Of a DNA stretch of 64,000 nucleotides, positions 22,804 through 33,856 are shown piece after piece. How positions within the stretch are numbered: position 1 is the stretch's first letter; each line of letters begins with the position of its first letter. Source of the stretch: an uncultured delta proteobacterium (GTDB taxonomy: Bacteria; Myxococcota; Myxococcia; Myxococcales; Myxococcaceae); the NCBI GenBank assembly GCA_963771175.1, contig CAVYSY010000050.1:64001-128000 (forward strand), read 5' to 3'. The translations under genes were made by a program, and so were the position numbers. A model generated the notes under the pieces. The model was given only the letters and a program-made list of their open reading frames with translations. It did no database searches and was not told the DNA's origin.

Positions 22804-24600
22804 CTATGTGCGCCGCGCGAGCGGAACCGTGAAGTGGAAGGTGCTCCCGGTGCCGACCTGGCTCTCCACCCAGATCCGCCCGCCATGCGCCTCGACGATT
22901 CCCTTGGAAATGTAGAGCCCGAGTCCCGAGCCCGCCCCCGCCCCCTTCGTCCGCCAGTAGCGCTCGAAGACGTGCGGCAGCTCCTCCGCCGTCATCCCCG
23001 CTCCGCTGTCCTGGACAGAGACCTGGACCGCATCCCCCACGCGCCGCGTGCGCACGGTGATTCGTCCGTGCTCCGGGGTGAACTTGATGGCATTTCCGAT
23101 GAGGTTCGAGAACACCTGCAGGAGACGCTCGGGATCGGCGAGGACCTCCAGGTTGTCCTCCTGCTCCAACGACAGGGTGATTCCCTTCGCCGTGGCCAGG
23201 GGGGTGAGCACCTCGTCGGCCTTCGCGACGAGCTCGGAGAGCAGACACGGACGGCGCTCGACCCGGAACCGCCGGGCTCCAATCTGGGCCGTGCTGAGGA
23301 GGCTCTCGATGAGGTGCACCATCCGCTCGGTGGCGGTCTGGATGCCCTCCACGCGCTTGCGCAGCGGGTCGGCCCGCGGCTCGCGCGGGAGCTGGCGCAG
23401 GAGCATCTCGGCGTTCAGGTGGATCGACGAGAGCGGGCTGCGAAGGTCGTGCGAGACGAGTGCCAGGATCTCGTCCCTCTCGCGTGACAGCGCCTGCTCG
23501 CGCGCCATGCTCTGGGCCAGGACGCGGGCGCGCCGGCCCAGAACGATCGAGACGAAGGTCCCTCCCACGACCGCTACCGAGAGCATGGAGAGAATCAAGA
23601 GCCGCGTCCTCCGCAAGGTATGGAATGCATCCTCCACGTCGATCTCGATCGCCAGGCCAATGCCCAGCTCCCGCACCCACGTCCATGCCCCCACCACCGG
23701 GACGCCGCGGTAGTCTCGGTACCCGTCGACGTCCACCCCGGACTCTCCGGCGGTGGCACGGCTGGCCATCCGGGTGAGGGGCCTCTCCTTGAGGGGTCGC
23801 TCTGGACGATACCCCCGAGTCATGTCGCCCCCCGGATCGCGCAGCTCGACGCGGAGGATCATATTCCCACCCTCGGGGATGAGCCCGATCGCTTGCATCT
23901 GCGCGTCGAAGCGGCTCTCCGTCACCATGTAGCCGGCGGCATCGAAGGCGTAGGTCTCCCCGGACTCGCCAATCCGGCCGAGCTGCGTGACCCGGGTGAA
24001 GTCTCGCAAGGGGTCCAGGCGGAGCACGAACGCCCCGAGCACCCGGCCGGTCTCGTCCCGCACCGGAGCTGCGGCGATGAGCAGCGGCCTCAGCGCGGTC
24101 ACCCCCTCAATCGGTACCGTGGTCCAGTTTGGAGGTCCCAGGGCCGTACCACCCGTCAGGGCGGCGCGGATCGGCGCTGGAGCTTGCTCGATCAGCTCGT
24201 GCCCCCCGAGCATCTCGCGGGAGGAGGCGGCAACCTGGGTGCCGTCTGGAGCAACGAGCACGAAATCGTAGTAGCCGTGGCGCTCGATCAGCGCCTGGAC
24301 GGAGTGAAGCAGAGCGCCTGGCCGGCTGGACGCGGCGATGTCATCTGGCCCCTTGGCGCGGCCGGCTCCGGTCTCGAGGCACTGCCGCACTTCGGAGAGC
24401 GAGGCGAGGTACTCGGTATCCGCCTTGATCCTGGCCGCCCAGATTCGCAGACCCTCCTGGTTCGTGGCCACGACCGTGCTCAGCGTATCCGCGAGATCTC
24501 TCCGGGTAAGGGTCTCGATCCGCTCCATTCCCCACCATGCCACACCCACCACGATCAGCAGGACCAGGGGGATGATGAGGTTCGTCGAGCGCAGCGCCAT
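22804..24600 (-). CDS. Membrane sensor histidine kinase with Cache-like periplasmic domain
   Basis: Two TM segments, DYRGVPVVGAW, SHDLRSPL, NLIGNAIKFT and GSGLGLYI. Confidence 0.92.
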   Translation of the reverse strand: MALRSTNLIIPLVLLIVVGVAWWGMERIETLTRRDLADTLSTVVATNQEGLRIWAARIKADTEYLASLSEVRQCLETGAGRAKGPDDIAASSRPGALLHSVQALIERHGYYDFVLVAPDGTQVAASSREMLGGHELIEQAPAPIRAALTGGTALGPPNWTTVPIEGVTALRPLLIAAAPVRDETGRVLGAFVLRLDPLRDFTRVTQLGRIGESGETYAFDAAGYMVTESRFDAQMQAIGLIPEGGNMILRVELRDPGGDMTRGYRPERPLKERPLTRMASRATAGESGVDVDGYRDYRGVPVVGAWTWVRELGIGLAIEIDVEDAFHTLRRTRLLILSMLSVAVVGGTFVSIVLGRRARVLAQSMAREQALSRERDEILALVSHDLRSPLSSIHLNAEMLLRQLPREPRADPLRKRVEGIQTATERMVHLIESLLSTAQIGARRFRVERRPCLLSELVAKADEVLTPLATAKGITLSLEQEDNLEVLADPERLLQVFSNLIGNAIKFTPEHGRITVRTRRVGDAVQVSVQDSGAGMTAEELPHVFERYWRTKGAGAGSGLGLYISKGIVEAHGGRIWVESQVGTGSTFHFTVPLARRT

Positions 24601-24783
24601 TCCATCTCCTGAGCTTCGCAGCGCCAGGCACACGAGCGGCAGGGCGAGAGGCTGCGCACCCCGGTAGGAATGCGCTCTGAGGCGATGCGGCTCGATGATA
24701 CTGCGACCACGCGGATTGATATGTGTCGCCGGACCCCGGGATGCATGGACTGTCGACCGGCTATCAGCCCGCCCCCGCGGCAC

Positions 24784-25380
24784 TCACCCCGAGACCGCTC
24801 GCCTCGTGGCGGGGCGTTTCGTGTGGCGGATGACATACTCGACCAGCTTCGGGTACCCCTCGAGCAGCTTCACCGTGTTCGCCAGGTGGAGGATCGACGC
24901 CAGTGCCACGTCGGCGGCGGTGAACGCGCCGCCCGCGACGAACTCACGGCCCTCGAGCCGGACATCGAGCACCGTGAGCACATCCTTCAGGCGTGCGTGC
25001 TGCCGCGCGAGGTCCGCCTTCTTCTCCTCGGGCAGCTGCGCGTTCCGGTAGTGCTCGAGGACCAACGGCTCGAGCGTCACCTCGGCGAAGACCATCCACT
25101 GCAGATAGGGGCCACGCTCGGCCGAGTCCAAGGGCGGCGCCAGCTGTTTTTCGGCAAAGCGATCGGCCAGATAGAGGCAGATCGCCAACGACTCGAAGAG
25201 CACGGTGGCTCCGTCCACCAGCACCGGGACTTCGCCGAGGGGGTGCAACGCCAGATGGGCCGGTGTCGTGGTCTCTTGTCTGGACACGTCGAGCTTCACC
25301 AGCTCGTACGGCACTTCCAGCTCCTCGAGCAGCCAGCGGGCGCGGGTCGCTCGGGTGCGAGGGGCGAAGTAGAGCTTCAT
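24784..25380 (-). CDS. Glutathione S-transferase family protein
   Basis: MKLYFAP, PLGEVPVL, FESLAICLYL and FTAADV. Confidence 0.93.
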   Translation of the reverse strand: MKLYFAPRTRATRARWLLEELEVPYELVKLDVSRQETTTPAHLALHPLGEVPVLVDGATVLFESLAICLYLADRFAEKQLAPPLDSAERGPYLQWMVFAEVTLEPLVLEHYRNAQLPEEKKADLARQHARLKDVLTVLDVRLEGREFVAGGAFTAADVALASILHLANTVKLLEGYPKLVEYVIRHTKRPATRRAVSG

Positions 25381-25481
25381 CGGAGGACTCCCGCGGGTGG
25401 GTGGACCCCGGCAACATGCAGCCCCCTCCCCGTGGCGACAATGGCCTCGTCCGCGGACTCTTCGTCAGGTTATTCTTGACG

Positions 25482-26393
25482 ATGATGATCTCGCCAGCCG
25501 ACATGGTCCTCTTCGCGGCGGTCGTCCGTGAGGGCAGCTTCACGCGCGCGGCGCGCCAGCTTGGAATCACCAAGCAGACGGCCAGCGAGCGGATCGCCAA
25601 TTTGGAGGAGCAGCTCGGGGTGCGGCTGCTCGAGCGGACGACGCGGCGTCTGCGGATGACCGAGTCGGGAACCACCTATTACGACCGGTGCGCCGCGATC
25701 GCCGCGCAGATCGATGAGGCGAACAGCGAGGTGCAGCAGCGGCAGGCGGAGCCCGTCGGTCTGCTGCGGGTGTCCTCGCCGATGCTCTACGGCCGCCGTT
25801 ACCTGGCTCCGGTGGTCGCGGACTTCCTCTCCCGCCATCCCAAGGCGAGCGTCGAGCTGGTGCTCGCCGACCGTCGCGTCAACCTCATCGAAGAGGGGTT
25901 GGATCTCGCGATTCGTATCGGGGCCCTCGATGACTCATCGCTGGTGGCACGAAAGCTCGGCGAGGGCGCCGTCTACTTCGTGGCGAGCCCCGGTTTCCTC
26001 TCGAAGTACGGGACGCCGAGCGCGCGGGAGCTTCGCGCCGCACGCTGCATTGGCTTCAGCGCGTTCGAGACCTGGGAGGCCGAGAACGTGAAGTCGCGGA
26101 TCGACCCGGTGCTGACCGTGAACGACCTCGAGGTGGCCTGCGAGGCGGCGATCGCCGGGGTCGGCATCGCGAGGGTTCCGGAGCTCCTCTGCCGGGAGGC
26201 GGTCCGGGACGGACGGTTGAAGATCCTCTTCGGACCCAAGCCGGCGATGCTGCGGACCATCCATGCCGTCTACCCGAGCCGGCTGAATCTTCCGGCGAAG
26301 GTCCGCCTTTTCGTGGATGCGCTGGCGGCGCTGACCGAGCCGATGCCGCCGCCGCCTCAGCGCGGCGGAGCCAGGCGCAAGCGCTCGACGTGA
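25482..26393 (+). CDS. LysR-family regulator, divergent from the GST gene
   Basis: GSFTRAARQLG...LEEQLGVRLLERTTR HTH; EEGLDLAIR. Confidence 0.95.
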   Translation: MMISPADMVLFAAVVREGSFTRAARQLGITKQTASERIANLEEQLGVRLLERTTRRLRMTESGTTYYDRCAAIAAQIDEANSEVQQRQAEPVGLLRVSSPMLYGRRYLAPVVADFLSRHPKASVELVLADRRVNLIEEGLDLAIRIGALDDSSLVARKLGEGAVYFVASPGFLSKYGTPSARELRAARCIGFSAFETWEAENVKSRIDPVLTVNDLEVACEAAIAGVGIARVPELLCREAVRDGRLKILFGPKPAMLRTIHAVYPSRLNLPAKVRLFVDALAALTEPMPPPPQRGGARRKRST

Positions 26394-26442
26394 GTGTTCC
26401 CGACCGCGAGCGGCACATAGCCGCCGCTCATGGGGCGACTGC

Positions 26443-27792
26443 TCACTGCGCCGCCGCTTCGACCCCGGGAGCTTCTACCGGGGCCGCGGCCGGCGGCGTA
26501 TCCCAGGAGCCGTTCTCGCACTGGAGCAGGCGGTCGAGGACGGAGAGCGCCTGGGGAGTGCCCGAGGCGCGGAGCTTCTCCTGCATGCCGATGTTGATCA
26601 GCTCCATGTAGAGGCGCTCGACATAGGCCACGGCCTCATCCGTCCGCGGCATCGTGGTCTTGAGGTTGTCGCGCACGGACAGCTCGGGAAGGAAGCCCAG
26701 CTTGCTCACGAGCGACTCCACGACATACCGCTGATCCGGGCGTCCGCCGCGCAGCACCTCCAGGATGGGCGCGGAGAGGAAGCGGCGCCTGTCGCGCCGC
26801 GTGGCGCGCCGCTGCAACCAGGCCTCCGAGGTGGAGATGGGCAGGTCCGTGGTCTCTCCATCCACCTTGGCGAACGCATGGGCCTCCACGTAGCTCACCC
26901 GCCCATCCCCGTCATAGTCGGCCGAGTCCACCGCCTTCCCCGTCCGGCTCAGCCCACTGAGGCCCGCGAAGAAGCTGGAGCTGTAATCCTTGTAGTCCGC
27001 CTCATCCGCCTCCGGCGTGCAGCCGACGGAGGGCAGGAAGTCCACGGTGGCGAAGAAGCCACAGCGGGGCTGCGCCACCACCGGCCGTTTGGGATTGGCG
27101 TCCTGGTAGATGAAGTTGGCGAACGAGCCGGCGTAGCACTGGGACATCACCGTGACCACGGGCGTGGTGCTCGGGAGCCGGTTCAGGAAGAGGCCAAAGG
27201 CCCGCACCGTCAGCGTGTCCCCCTCCCAGAGCGCCAGGTGGTTGTTGTGGCGGTGCCGGCTGTTCAAGCCTCCGTGCCCCGTGAAGTAGATGAAGGCCGG
27301 CTGATGGGGCGTGTCCCGGGCGCTCCGATCCACCCATTCCAGGAAGCGCTCCAGGGTCGCCGGTCCCTTCAGGTGGGGAATCTCGGGGGCCTTGAACTGC
27401 TCGCGCGCCTTTTCCCCGAGGTAGCGCACCGAGGCCTGCCCATCATTCCCATTGGCGAAATAGACGGTGGCGGAAGCGGGCGCGAGCCCACGCGCCTCGA
27501 GCGTCCGCTGGAAGTAGCGGACATTCTTCTCCAGGGCGATCTCATTGCTGGAGGGCTCGCCCCCACCGCCCAGCACCAGGAGGTTGGAGGCGCGAGGAGG
27601 AGCGCGGAGCGGCTCCAGGGGCGTCACGGGCTCGGAGGACACGATCTCCTTCTCGTCCTCGGGGGCGCGCTCGGGCCAGTCGGCGAAAGCGTCCACGTCC
27701 GCGTCCTGGGAGACGGGAACCCGGGCGCACCCCTGCGCCCCCAGCCACAACAGCATCATCACGCCACTCTGGACCCAGAATCCCCGCGTCAT
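26443..27792 (-). CDS. Lipoprotein with clan CD (caspase/legumain C13-like) cysteine peptidase domain
   Basis: AQGC lipobox; FTGHGG and MSQCYAG His-Cys dyad. Confidence 0.75.
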   Translation of the reverse strand: MTRGFWVQSGVMMLLWLGAQGCARVPVSQDADVDAFADWPERAPEDEKEIVSSEPVTPLEPLRAPPRASNLLVLGGGGEPSSNEIALEKNVRYFQRTLEARGLAPASATVYFANGNDGQASVRYLGEKAREQFKAPEIPHLKGPATLERFLEWVDRSARDTPHQPAFIYFTGHGGLNSRHRHNNHLALWEGDTLTVRAFGLFLNRLPSTTPVVTVMSQCYAGSFANFIYQDANPKRPVVAQPRCGFFATVDFLPSVGCTPEADEADYKDYSSSFFAGLSGLSRTGKAVDSADYDGDGRVSYVEAHAFAKVDGETTDLPISTSEAWLQRRATRRDRRRFLSAPILEVLRGGRPDQRYVVESLVSKLGFLPELSVRDNLKTTMPRTDEAVAYVERLYMELINIGMQEKLRASGTPQALSVLDRLLQCENGSWDTPPAAAPVEAPGVEAAAQ

Positions 27793-28068
27793 GCCGGAGA
27801 GTCTATTACGGCCTCGACCTGCTGACCGTGTCCGGAGAGCGCTTTCAATTCTCGTGGGGCGCCGAGTTCTACATGTATGGCGTCTCCCTGGAGGCGCTGC
27901 CGCTCGACCACACCCGGTACTCGTCCGTGGACAGCTCCAGCCGGGTGGGCAGGGGGTCCTTGCCAGGCGCCGGAGAAGGGCACGGGCGCTTCTCGGACTC
28001 CGCGTTGACGCTCCAGAGGACGCCCGGTGCCTGGCCCCGCTGGCGGACGAAGCGAGCAGGAGCGCGGT

Positions 28069-28140
28069 AGTAGTTCAGCCACCCCAGGTGCCGCCGAATC
28101 TCGGCCGAGCGGATGTTCCATGGGAGCTTCACACTCGGCG
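28069..28140 (-). pseudogene. Shard resembling the myxobacterial DUF5953 family
   Basis: Reads VKLPWNIRSAEIRRHLGWLNYY, recalling the LGWLNYW motif of that family. Confidence 0.5.
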
Positions 28141-28226
28141 GAGCGGTGCAGCGTGGCGACGGAGATGTGGTAACGAGCGCGCCGCCCCGTTCGACCGGGA
28201 GGGGCGGCGCGCCGTGGTCGCCGGCT

Positions 28227-30587
28227 CTACCGGCGCCGGCCGCCGCCGCCCCGGACGCCACCACCTCCCCGGTAGGAGCTTCCGCTGCTGCGGCTTCCGC
28301 CGCTCTGGTAGCTCCCGTAGTCGCGCGTGCGCTGCGCGCCCTCTGAACGGGCGCCGTAGTCGTGGTTGAGCTGGTCGCGGGTGGTGCCGCTGAACGTGGA
28401 CTCTCCGCGCCCCGAGGGCCGGTCCACGTCTCCCCAGGACCCGTTGTCGTTCTTCTCCCAGCTCCCGCCCTCGTTGCGGTACACGTTGCCGTCGCGACCG
28501 GCGTAGATGTCGCCGCCGCCCGAGCGCGCCACTCCCCCCGTGCCGCCCGGTCCGGTGCGCGTGATGGCCTCGCCTCCGCCGCTGGTGCGCGTCGTCCGCG
28601 TGGTGGTCCCGGTCGCGCGGTTGGTCACTCGGTTGGTGCTCGCCCACTGGTCGCCGCGCTGCACCTGGGTGCTGCCCCAGCTCCCGTAGACGTTCGAGCC
28701 CTGGCGCGTCTGGCCGAAGGCGCCGGTCCGCGGGTTGTACGCCTGGCCGGCGGCGCGCGCGCCGTAGGGCCCGTAGGCCGCGGCACCGCGCGAGTAGGTG
28801 CCGGTCCTGGGGTTGTAGCGCGCCCCGACGCCGGCGCCGCCGTAGGGGCCATAGGCCACCGCGCCGCGGCTGTAGGCGCCCGTCCACGGGTTGTACGCAG
28901 CGCGGTAGCCGTACGTCGGGTAGTAGCCGAAATAGCGCGGGTAGCCCCTGTAGAAGCCGCCAAAGTAGGGCGGGTAGTACCAGCCGGTGCCCCAGACGGC
29001 ACAACCCCACGCGACCATCACGCCCGTGTACATCGCCGCCGCGGCGAAGGTCACCCATTCGTCGTCGGAGTCCTCGACGGTCACGTAGGTGACGTTGTGG
29101 GCGGGCGAGCTGATCGGAATCTCGTAGATCTCGCCCGGCACCTCGCTGGCCACCGTCCAGGGGCCGTTCGGGCTGCTGCCCATGAACCACACGCCCTCGT
29201 AGCACATGTAGTACATGTCGCCGACCTTGAGGATGCTCTTGTCGGTGTTGACGGCGCGCTCGACCTTGGCCCCCTCGATCTTCTCGAACTGGGGCTCGCC
29301 CTGGTACTCGACCTCGGGCGCCTTCACCTCCTTCTTGTTCACGCGCGCGGTCTGGGGGACCTGGGCCAGCAGCACCGCCTCCGCCGCCTGTTGCGTGCCG
29401 GGAACCGAGGCCAGCACCCGCGAGCGGGGGTGCTCGAGCGAGATCTTCTGGAAGTCGGCGGGCAGCTCCAGCGAGGCGAACTTCCAGGGACCCGTGAAGT
29501 CGGGCGCCGAGAACCAGCGCCCCGACACCAGGAAGTAGAGGGTGCCCGTCTTGCCCATCCGGAACACGTCGCTTTCGGTGTTGCTGACCCAGAGCAGGGA
29601 GGTGCCGGCGACGGGCTCGTACTTCGGCTCACCGCTGAGCAGGATCATCTCCGCGGGCGTCGTGCTCACGAACACCTGCGGCAGCTTGTCCGCGGAGAGC
29701 TTCTTGCCCGGCAGGGCGGCCTTCACGTCCTTCCAGTTCTCGTCGCCGGGAAGCTTCCCGAAGCTCTCCGGCAGCTTGCCGGCGGCGGTCCACGGGCCCT
29801 TGACGTCCTGGGCCTGGAGCCAGCTCTGCTCGTAGCGCAGGTAGTAGACCTTCGTCGGCTCGTGGAGGAAGAGGTCCCAGTTCGTGTTGACGGCGAACTT
29901 CAGGTCGTTGTCCTTGATCGGGCTCCAGATCGGGTCGCCGTCGAGGTTCACCAGCACCGCCGGCTTCGTGCTGAAGAAGATCGCCGGCGGGTCCGCCTTC
30001 ACGCCCGGCGTCTCCTTGGGAATGATCTGGCTGCGGTCGATGCTGGCCAGCACGCGGTCGAGGCCGATCACCCGGTCGTCCACCGGGAACGACTTTTCGA
30101 TCTCGTTCACGATCTCCTGCAGCTGCTCCTTGGGCAGCGTCGGGAAGTGGGACTCGGTGATCTTGAAGTCGCGGAAGCTCACCAGCCGCTCCGGCACCGC
30201 CACCTCCGTGTCGGCCTCGACCTTCACGCTGCCCAGGGCCGGCTTCTTCGCGTCCTTGGGCTCGTACGACACCGCCGCGTAGGCGGCCATGTGCTTCTGG
30301 CCCTCCCAGCTCGCCACCTGCGGCTGGTAGACGATGATGCGCCCGCCCTTGGGTGTCGTGTAGGCCCGCGGCCAGCCGCCGTCCGGCGGAGCCGAGGGGT
30401 CCGGGGAATTCGCGACCGTGGGGGCATCGGGAGGCGGGCTGGCCGAGGGCGTCGCTGGTGCGTCGGTCTTGCCCGTGGCCTGGAGCGCCGCCGACGCGGC
30501 CAGGAGCGGCGTGGCGGGTGACAGGAGCAGCGACGCCGCGGTGACGAGCGCCACCGCACCCCATCGCGCGAAAGGATTGGTCTTCAA
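28227..30587 (-). CDS. Large secreted/periplasmic protein with Gly/Tyr-rich C-terminal repeats
   Basis: Signal peptide; GWPR...VYQPQ; repeated GPW; YNPxTGxY repeats; RGG tail; TTG start. Confidence 0.85.
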   Translation of the reverse strand: MKTNPFARWGAVALVTAASLLLSPATPLLAASAALQATGKTDAPATPSASPPPDAPTVANSPDPSAPPDGGWPRAYTTPKGGRIIVYQPQVASWEGQKHMAAYAAVSYEPKDAKKPALGSVKVEADTEVAVPERLVSFRDFKITESHFPTLPKEQLQEIVNEIEKSFPVDDRVIGLDRVLASIDRSQIIPKETPGVKADPPAIFFSTKPAVLVNLDGDPIWSPIKDNDLKFAVNTNWDLFLHEPTKVYYLRYEQSWLQAQDVKGPWTAAGKLPESFGKLPGDENWKDVKAALPGKKLSADKLPQVFVSTTPAEMILLSGEPKYEPVAGTSLLWVSNTESDVFRMGKTGTLYFLVSGRWFSAPDFTGPWKFASLELPADFQKISLEHPRSRVLASVPGTQQAAEAVLLAQVPQTARVNKKEVKAPEVEYQGEPQFEKIEGAKVERAVNTDKSILKVGDMYYMCYEGVWFMGSSPNGPWTVASEVPGEIYEIPISSPAHNVTYVTVEDSDDEWVTFAAAAMYTGVMVAWGCAVWGTGWYYPPYFGGFYRGYPRYFGYYPTYGYRAAYNPWTGAYSRGAVAYGPYGGAGVGARYNPRTGTYSRGAAAYGPYGARAAGQAYNPRTGAFGQTRQGSNVYGSWGSTQVQRGDQWASTNRVTNRATGTTTRTTRTSGGGEAITRTGPGGTGGVARSGGGDIYAGRDGNVYRNEGGSWEKNDNGSWGDVDRPSGRGESTFSGTTRDQLNHDYGARSEGAQRTRDYGSYQSGGSRSSGSSYRGGGGVRGGGGRRR

Positions 30588-30690
30588 GGTATCCCCCTTG
30601 CCGTCATCAGCGGCCGAGCACGAACCGAACTCCGTGGAACTGCGCGCCCGCCAGCGCCGCCCTCACGCCTTGGGCGCTTCAGTCAGGGGG

Positions 30691-31061
30691 CTATTGCTGA
30701 GCCCGAAGCTCCACGACCCGCTGGCGCACCTCGTTCATGTCCAGCGCGCGCACCTGGCGGATGAATTCCTCGAGCTCCGCCGCCGACAGCGTTCCCGCCC
30801 GCTCGAAAAGCATGAAGCCGTCGCGGAAGGCCATCACCCCGTGGGGATGGAGCGGACCGCGAACGCGCCGGCCAGCTCCGGCTCCTTCTCGGTGTCGATC
30901 TTCCCGAAGCGGATGTCCGGGTGCTGCTCGCTGGCCTGCTCGAAGACGGGAGCGAAGGAGCGACAAGGGCCACACCAGGCGGCCCACCAGTCGAGGAGGA
31001 CAATTCCCTCCTTCGACACAATGTCCTTGAAGTTGTCCTTGCCCATTTCGATGGTCGCCAT
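30691..31061 (-). CDS. Thioredoxin; frameshift near 30840
   Basis: DWWAAWCGPCRSFAPVFE, RSIPT, then MAFRDG in the adjacent frame. Confidence 0.88.
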
Positions 31062-31269
31062 GGCTCTCACGCTGTGTCTGCTCCCTGCAGAGTGCCAGTG
31101 CGACCTCGAAGGCAGGTTGGGCAGCCCCGCGGGAAGGCTGCCAGACGATTGGCGCACCGTCTGGAGTGCTCTCAGCCCAGCGCCTGCTGGCACTTCTCGC
31201 AGACCGGGGCTCCGGCGCCTATACCGAGGCGCGGCAGTGCCTCGCCACATGCGACTTCATGGCCGCCAA

Positions 31270-31416
31270 TCCGGGTTGACCCACCGGCAGATCAGCCACG
31301 CCCTGGGCGATGCGCGCCTCTTGCTTCACCTGCCGCCGGTCCGCCCGCGCCGCGAGCGCCGGAGTGGAGAGCGAGAATCCGAGAGCCAGAGCCACCGCCA
31401 GGGAGATGCTACGCAC
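31270..31416 (-). pseudogene. 3'-truncated secreted-protein gene fragment
   Basis: Signal-like VRSISLAVALALG...ARADRRQVKQEARIAQGV, then loss of coding character. Confidence 0.4.
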
Positions 31417-33614
31417 CGAGGTCCTCCGGGAGTTGTTGGGGCGGCTCGGCGGCCTGGGGCAGGTGGGCGATGAAGGTGGTGCCCACGCCCTCCCGGCTCT
31501 CGGCGCGCAAGCTGCCTCCCAGGCTCGCCACGAGGGCATGACTCACGCTCAACCCGAGCCCGACATTCGACTTGCGCGCGGTGGCGAAGGGCTCGAAGAC
31601 GCGCGCCAGCACCTCCGGCGGCATCCCCGCCCCCGTGTCCTGCACCTCCACCACCACCTCCCCATTCGCCCCGGTGGAGGTGGCCACCCGCAGCACGTTG
31701 CGATCCGCCCCGGCATCACTCATCGCCTGCACCGCGTTGAGGAGCAGGTTGAGGAAGATCTGCAGCAGCCGCGCCTCGTCCGCGTCCACTGGAGGCACCG
31801 GCCGGAAGTCCTTCTCCAGCCGCGCCCGGTGGCGCAGCTCCCCTCGCACCAGTTTCAGCGCGTCCTCCAGCACCGCATGGACGTCCACCCGCGTCCGGTA
31901 CTCCAGCGGCTTGCGAGAGAGCGCCCGCAGATCCTGGACGATGAGCCGCAGCCGGTCCGCTCCTTCCGTCGTCTCGCCCAGCGCTTCCAGCACGTCTTCC
32001 AGCTTCCGCGCCAGCTCGCCCTCCCGCTCACGCAGCGTCTCGCCTACCAGGCCCAGCTCCTCGCGAGCGAAGGAGAGATTGGCCATCATGAAGGCCAGCG
32101 GGTTGTTCATCTCGTGCCCCACCGCGGCCGCCAGTGAGCCCAATGCCGCCAGCCGGTCCGACTGGACCAGGTTCGCCTCCATCTGCTTGCGCAGCGTCAC
32201 GTCCCGGGCGAAGACCCGCAGGCCCGCCGGCTCCCACTGCCGCGCCACCGTCAGCTCCCAGTGTCGGCCCTCCAGGCTCAACGAGGGCAGCTCGCCCTCC
32301 ACGGCGCCGCGCCGGACCCAATCCAGCGCCGCCTCCACCAGCGGGTGCCCCGTCCCGCGCGCCTGCAGGTTCGGAAAGCGCTGGTGGGTGATCGGGTTGG
32401 CGTGGCGCAGCTTGCCCTCCAGGCTCAACTCCAGCATCGGCTCCGGGTGCAGGAGCGGGAAGGTCGCCAGCCGGAACAGGGGCTCCTCCAGCATGCGCAG
32501 CTCGGTGATGTCGCGCACCAGCAGCGACATGATTCCCGGGTCCGGCTCCCCGGGCTCGGGGACGTACGCCGTGGCCTCGGCGGTGTACCAGCGCGTTTCT
32601 CCCTCCACTTCCAGCCGGTACTCTCCGCGCCCCGCGAGACCGCTGTGCCGCGCCGCGCGCACCAGCGCCAGCAGCGTGCCGCTCGCCTCCGGGCCCAGTA
32701 CCTCCGTCAGCGTCTTGCCCTCTCCGCCGCGCACGTTCCGGCCGAAGATCCTGCCCGTGGGCGCCCACAAGCGGTGGCACCGCTCCGCTTCATCCAGCTC
32801 CACCGCGACGTACTCCGCGTGCCGTGCCCGCCGGGGTGGGGGCGTCCCTGCCCGGCACGGAGGTCGCCCGTGTGAAGCCATCCACCTTGAAGGGCCCCAG
32901 CATCATTCCCAGCCCGCCCCCGTCACTGCTCATCCGCGTGAGGAGGGACTCCAGGGGGGCGCTCTCCTCCTCGGACAGGTGGTGGGTGATGATGATGCCG
33001 TCGGCCAGGGCGGGCTCGCTGAAGGCGAAGGGGGTGAGCCGGCACTCGTCGGCGCCGATGTACTGGGCCATTGCGGCGCGTGCGGAGTGCACGTCCGGGT
33101 GGCTCAAGTAGACGGAGGCCACGTCCGCCTCCCCGGCGAGCACCGCCAGCAACGTCTTGCGGTAGGTGCCCACGAAGCGCTGCTCGGAGAACACCTCCGC
33201 CGGGTCCAGTCCCTGGGCCTCCAGGTAGCGCATGGGGAGCCGGTAGCCGCCGAAGGAGCGTGGATCCACCCAGGCGGCGCGCTTGCCCTTCAGCGTCCCC
33301 GGGGTGAGGGGCTCCTCGGCGCGGCAGATCAGGGCGCTGTGGTAGTAGCAGTGCCCGCCCCGCACCGCGCGGAGCACCGCCCGGGCCCTCGACTCGAAGG
33401 TGTCGCACAGGTCCGCGGTGGCCCAGACCAGATCCACCTCTCCCTTGGCCACCTCCTGATCCACCACCTCGTAGGTGGGCGCTATCTCCGCCACCACGGG
33501 CCGCCCCAGCCGCCGGGTGAGGGACTGGACGAACAGATCGATCCGCACATGCTCCTGCACCGAGCCCATGATCGGATAGAACAAGAAACGGATGGGGGGG
33601 GCCGACGAAGTCAC
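31409..33614 (-). CDS. PhnD-like substrate-binding domain fused to PAS-like domains and a histidine kinase; frameshift near 32830
   Basis: YYHSALIC, KGKRAAWVDPRSFGGY and AVLAGEADVA; GHEMNNPL, NLLLNAVQA and GLGLSVS. Confidence 0.8.
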
Positions 33615-33732
33615 GTGTCCAATCCTCTCGAGTCCCCCCTCGTCTCAACGACTGCCCGGTACCGAGTTCCCCGAATCCTACGCGGATTTGGAGGTTTTCG
33701 TGTCTTTCCAGTTCAGGGAGAAGCGGGAGACG

Positions 33733-33841
33733 CGCATATAGGAGGGATGGGGGCCCTGTTGAGGGTAAGGACTGGAGCCGAGGGGCCGAGGAGGGCCGCT
33801 GACGGGTGCCGCCCGGGCTGTGAGCCAAGCGGGTGGAGAGG
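33733..33841. repeat. Dispersed ~110-bp repeat, copy 1 (IS91-like element end, inferred)
   Basis: Shares ctgttgagggt...ctgg..c.gagggc.gaggaggg.cgctgacggg.gccgcc...gtgag...ggtggagagg with 36060 and 43939. Confidence 0.8.
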
Positions 33842-33856
33842 GACGGGAGGGCCGGG

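Noticed and set aside
22688..23686. ORF ending in an MsrA motif, suggesting a fusion gene
   Set aside because: It is an alternative frame of the kinase that runs into the 50-bp shard.
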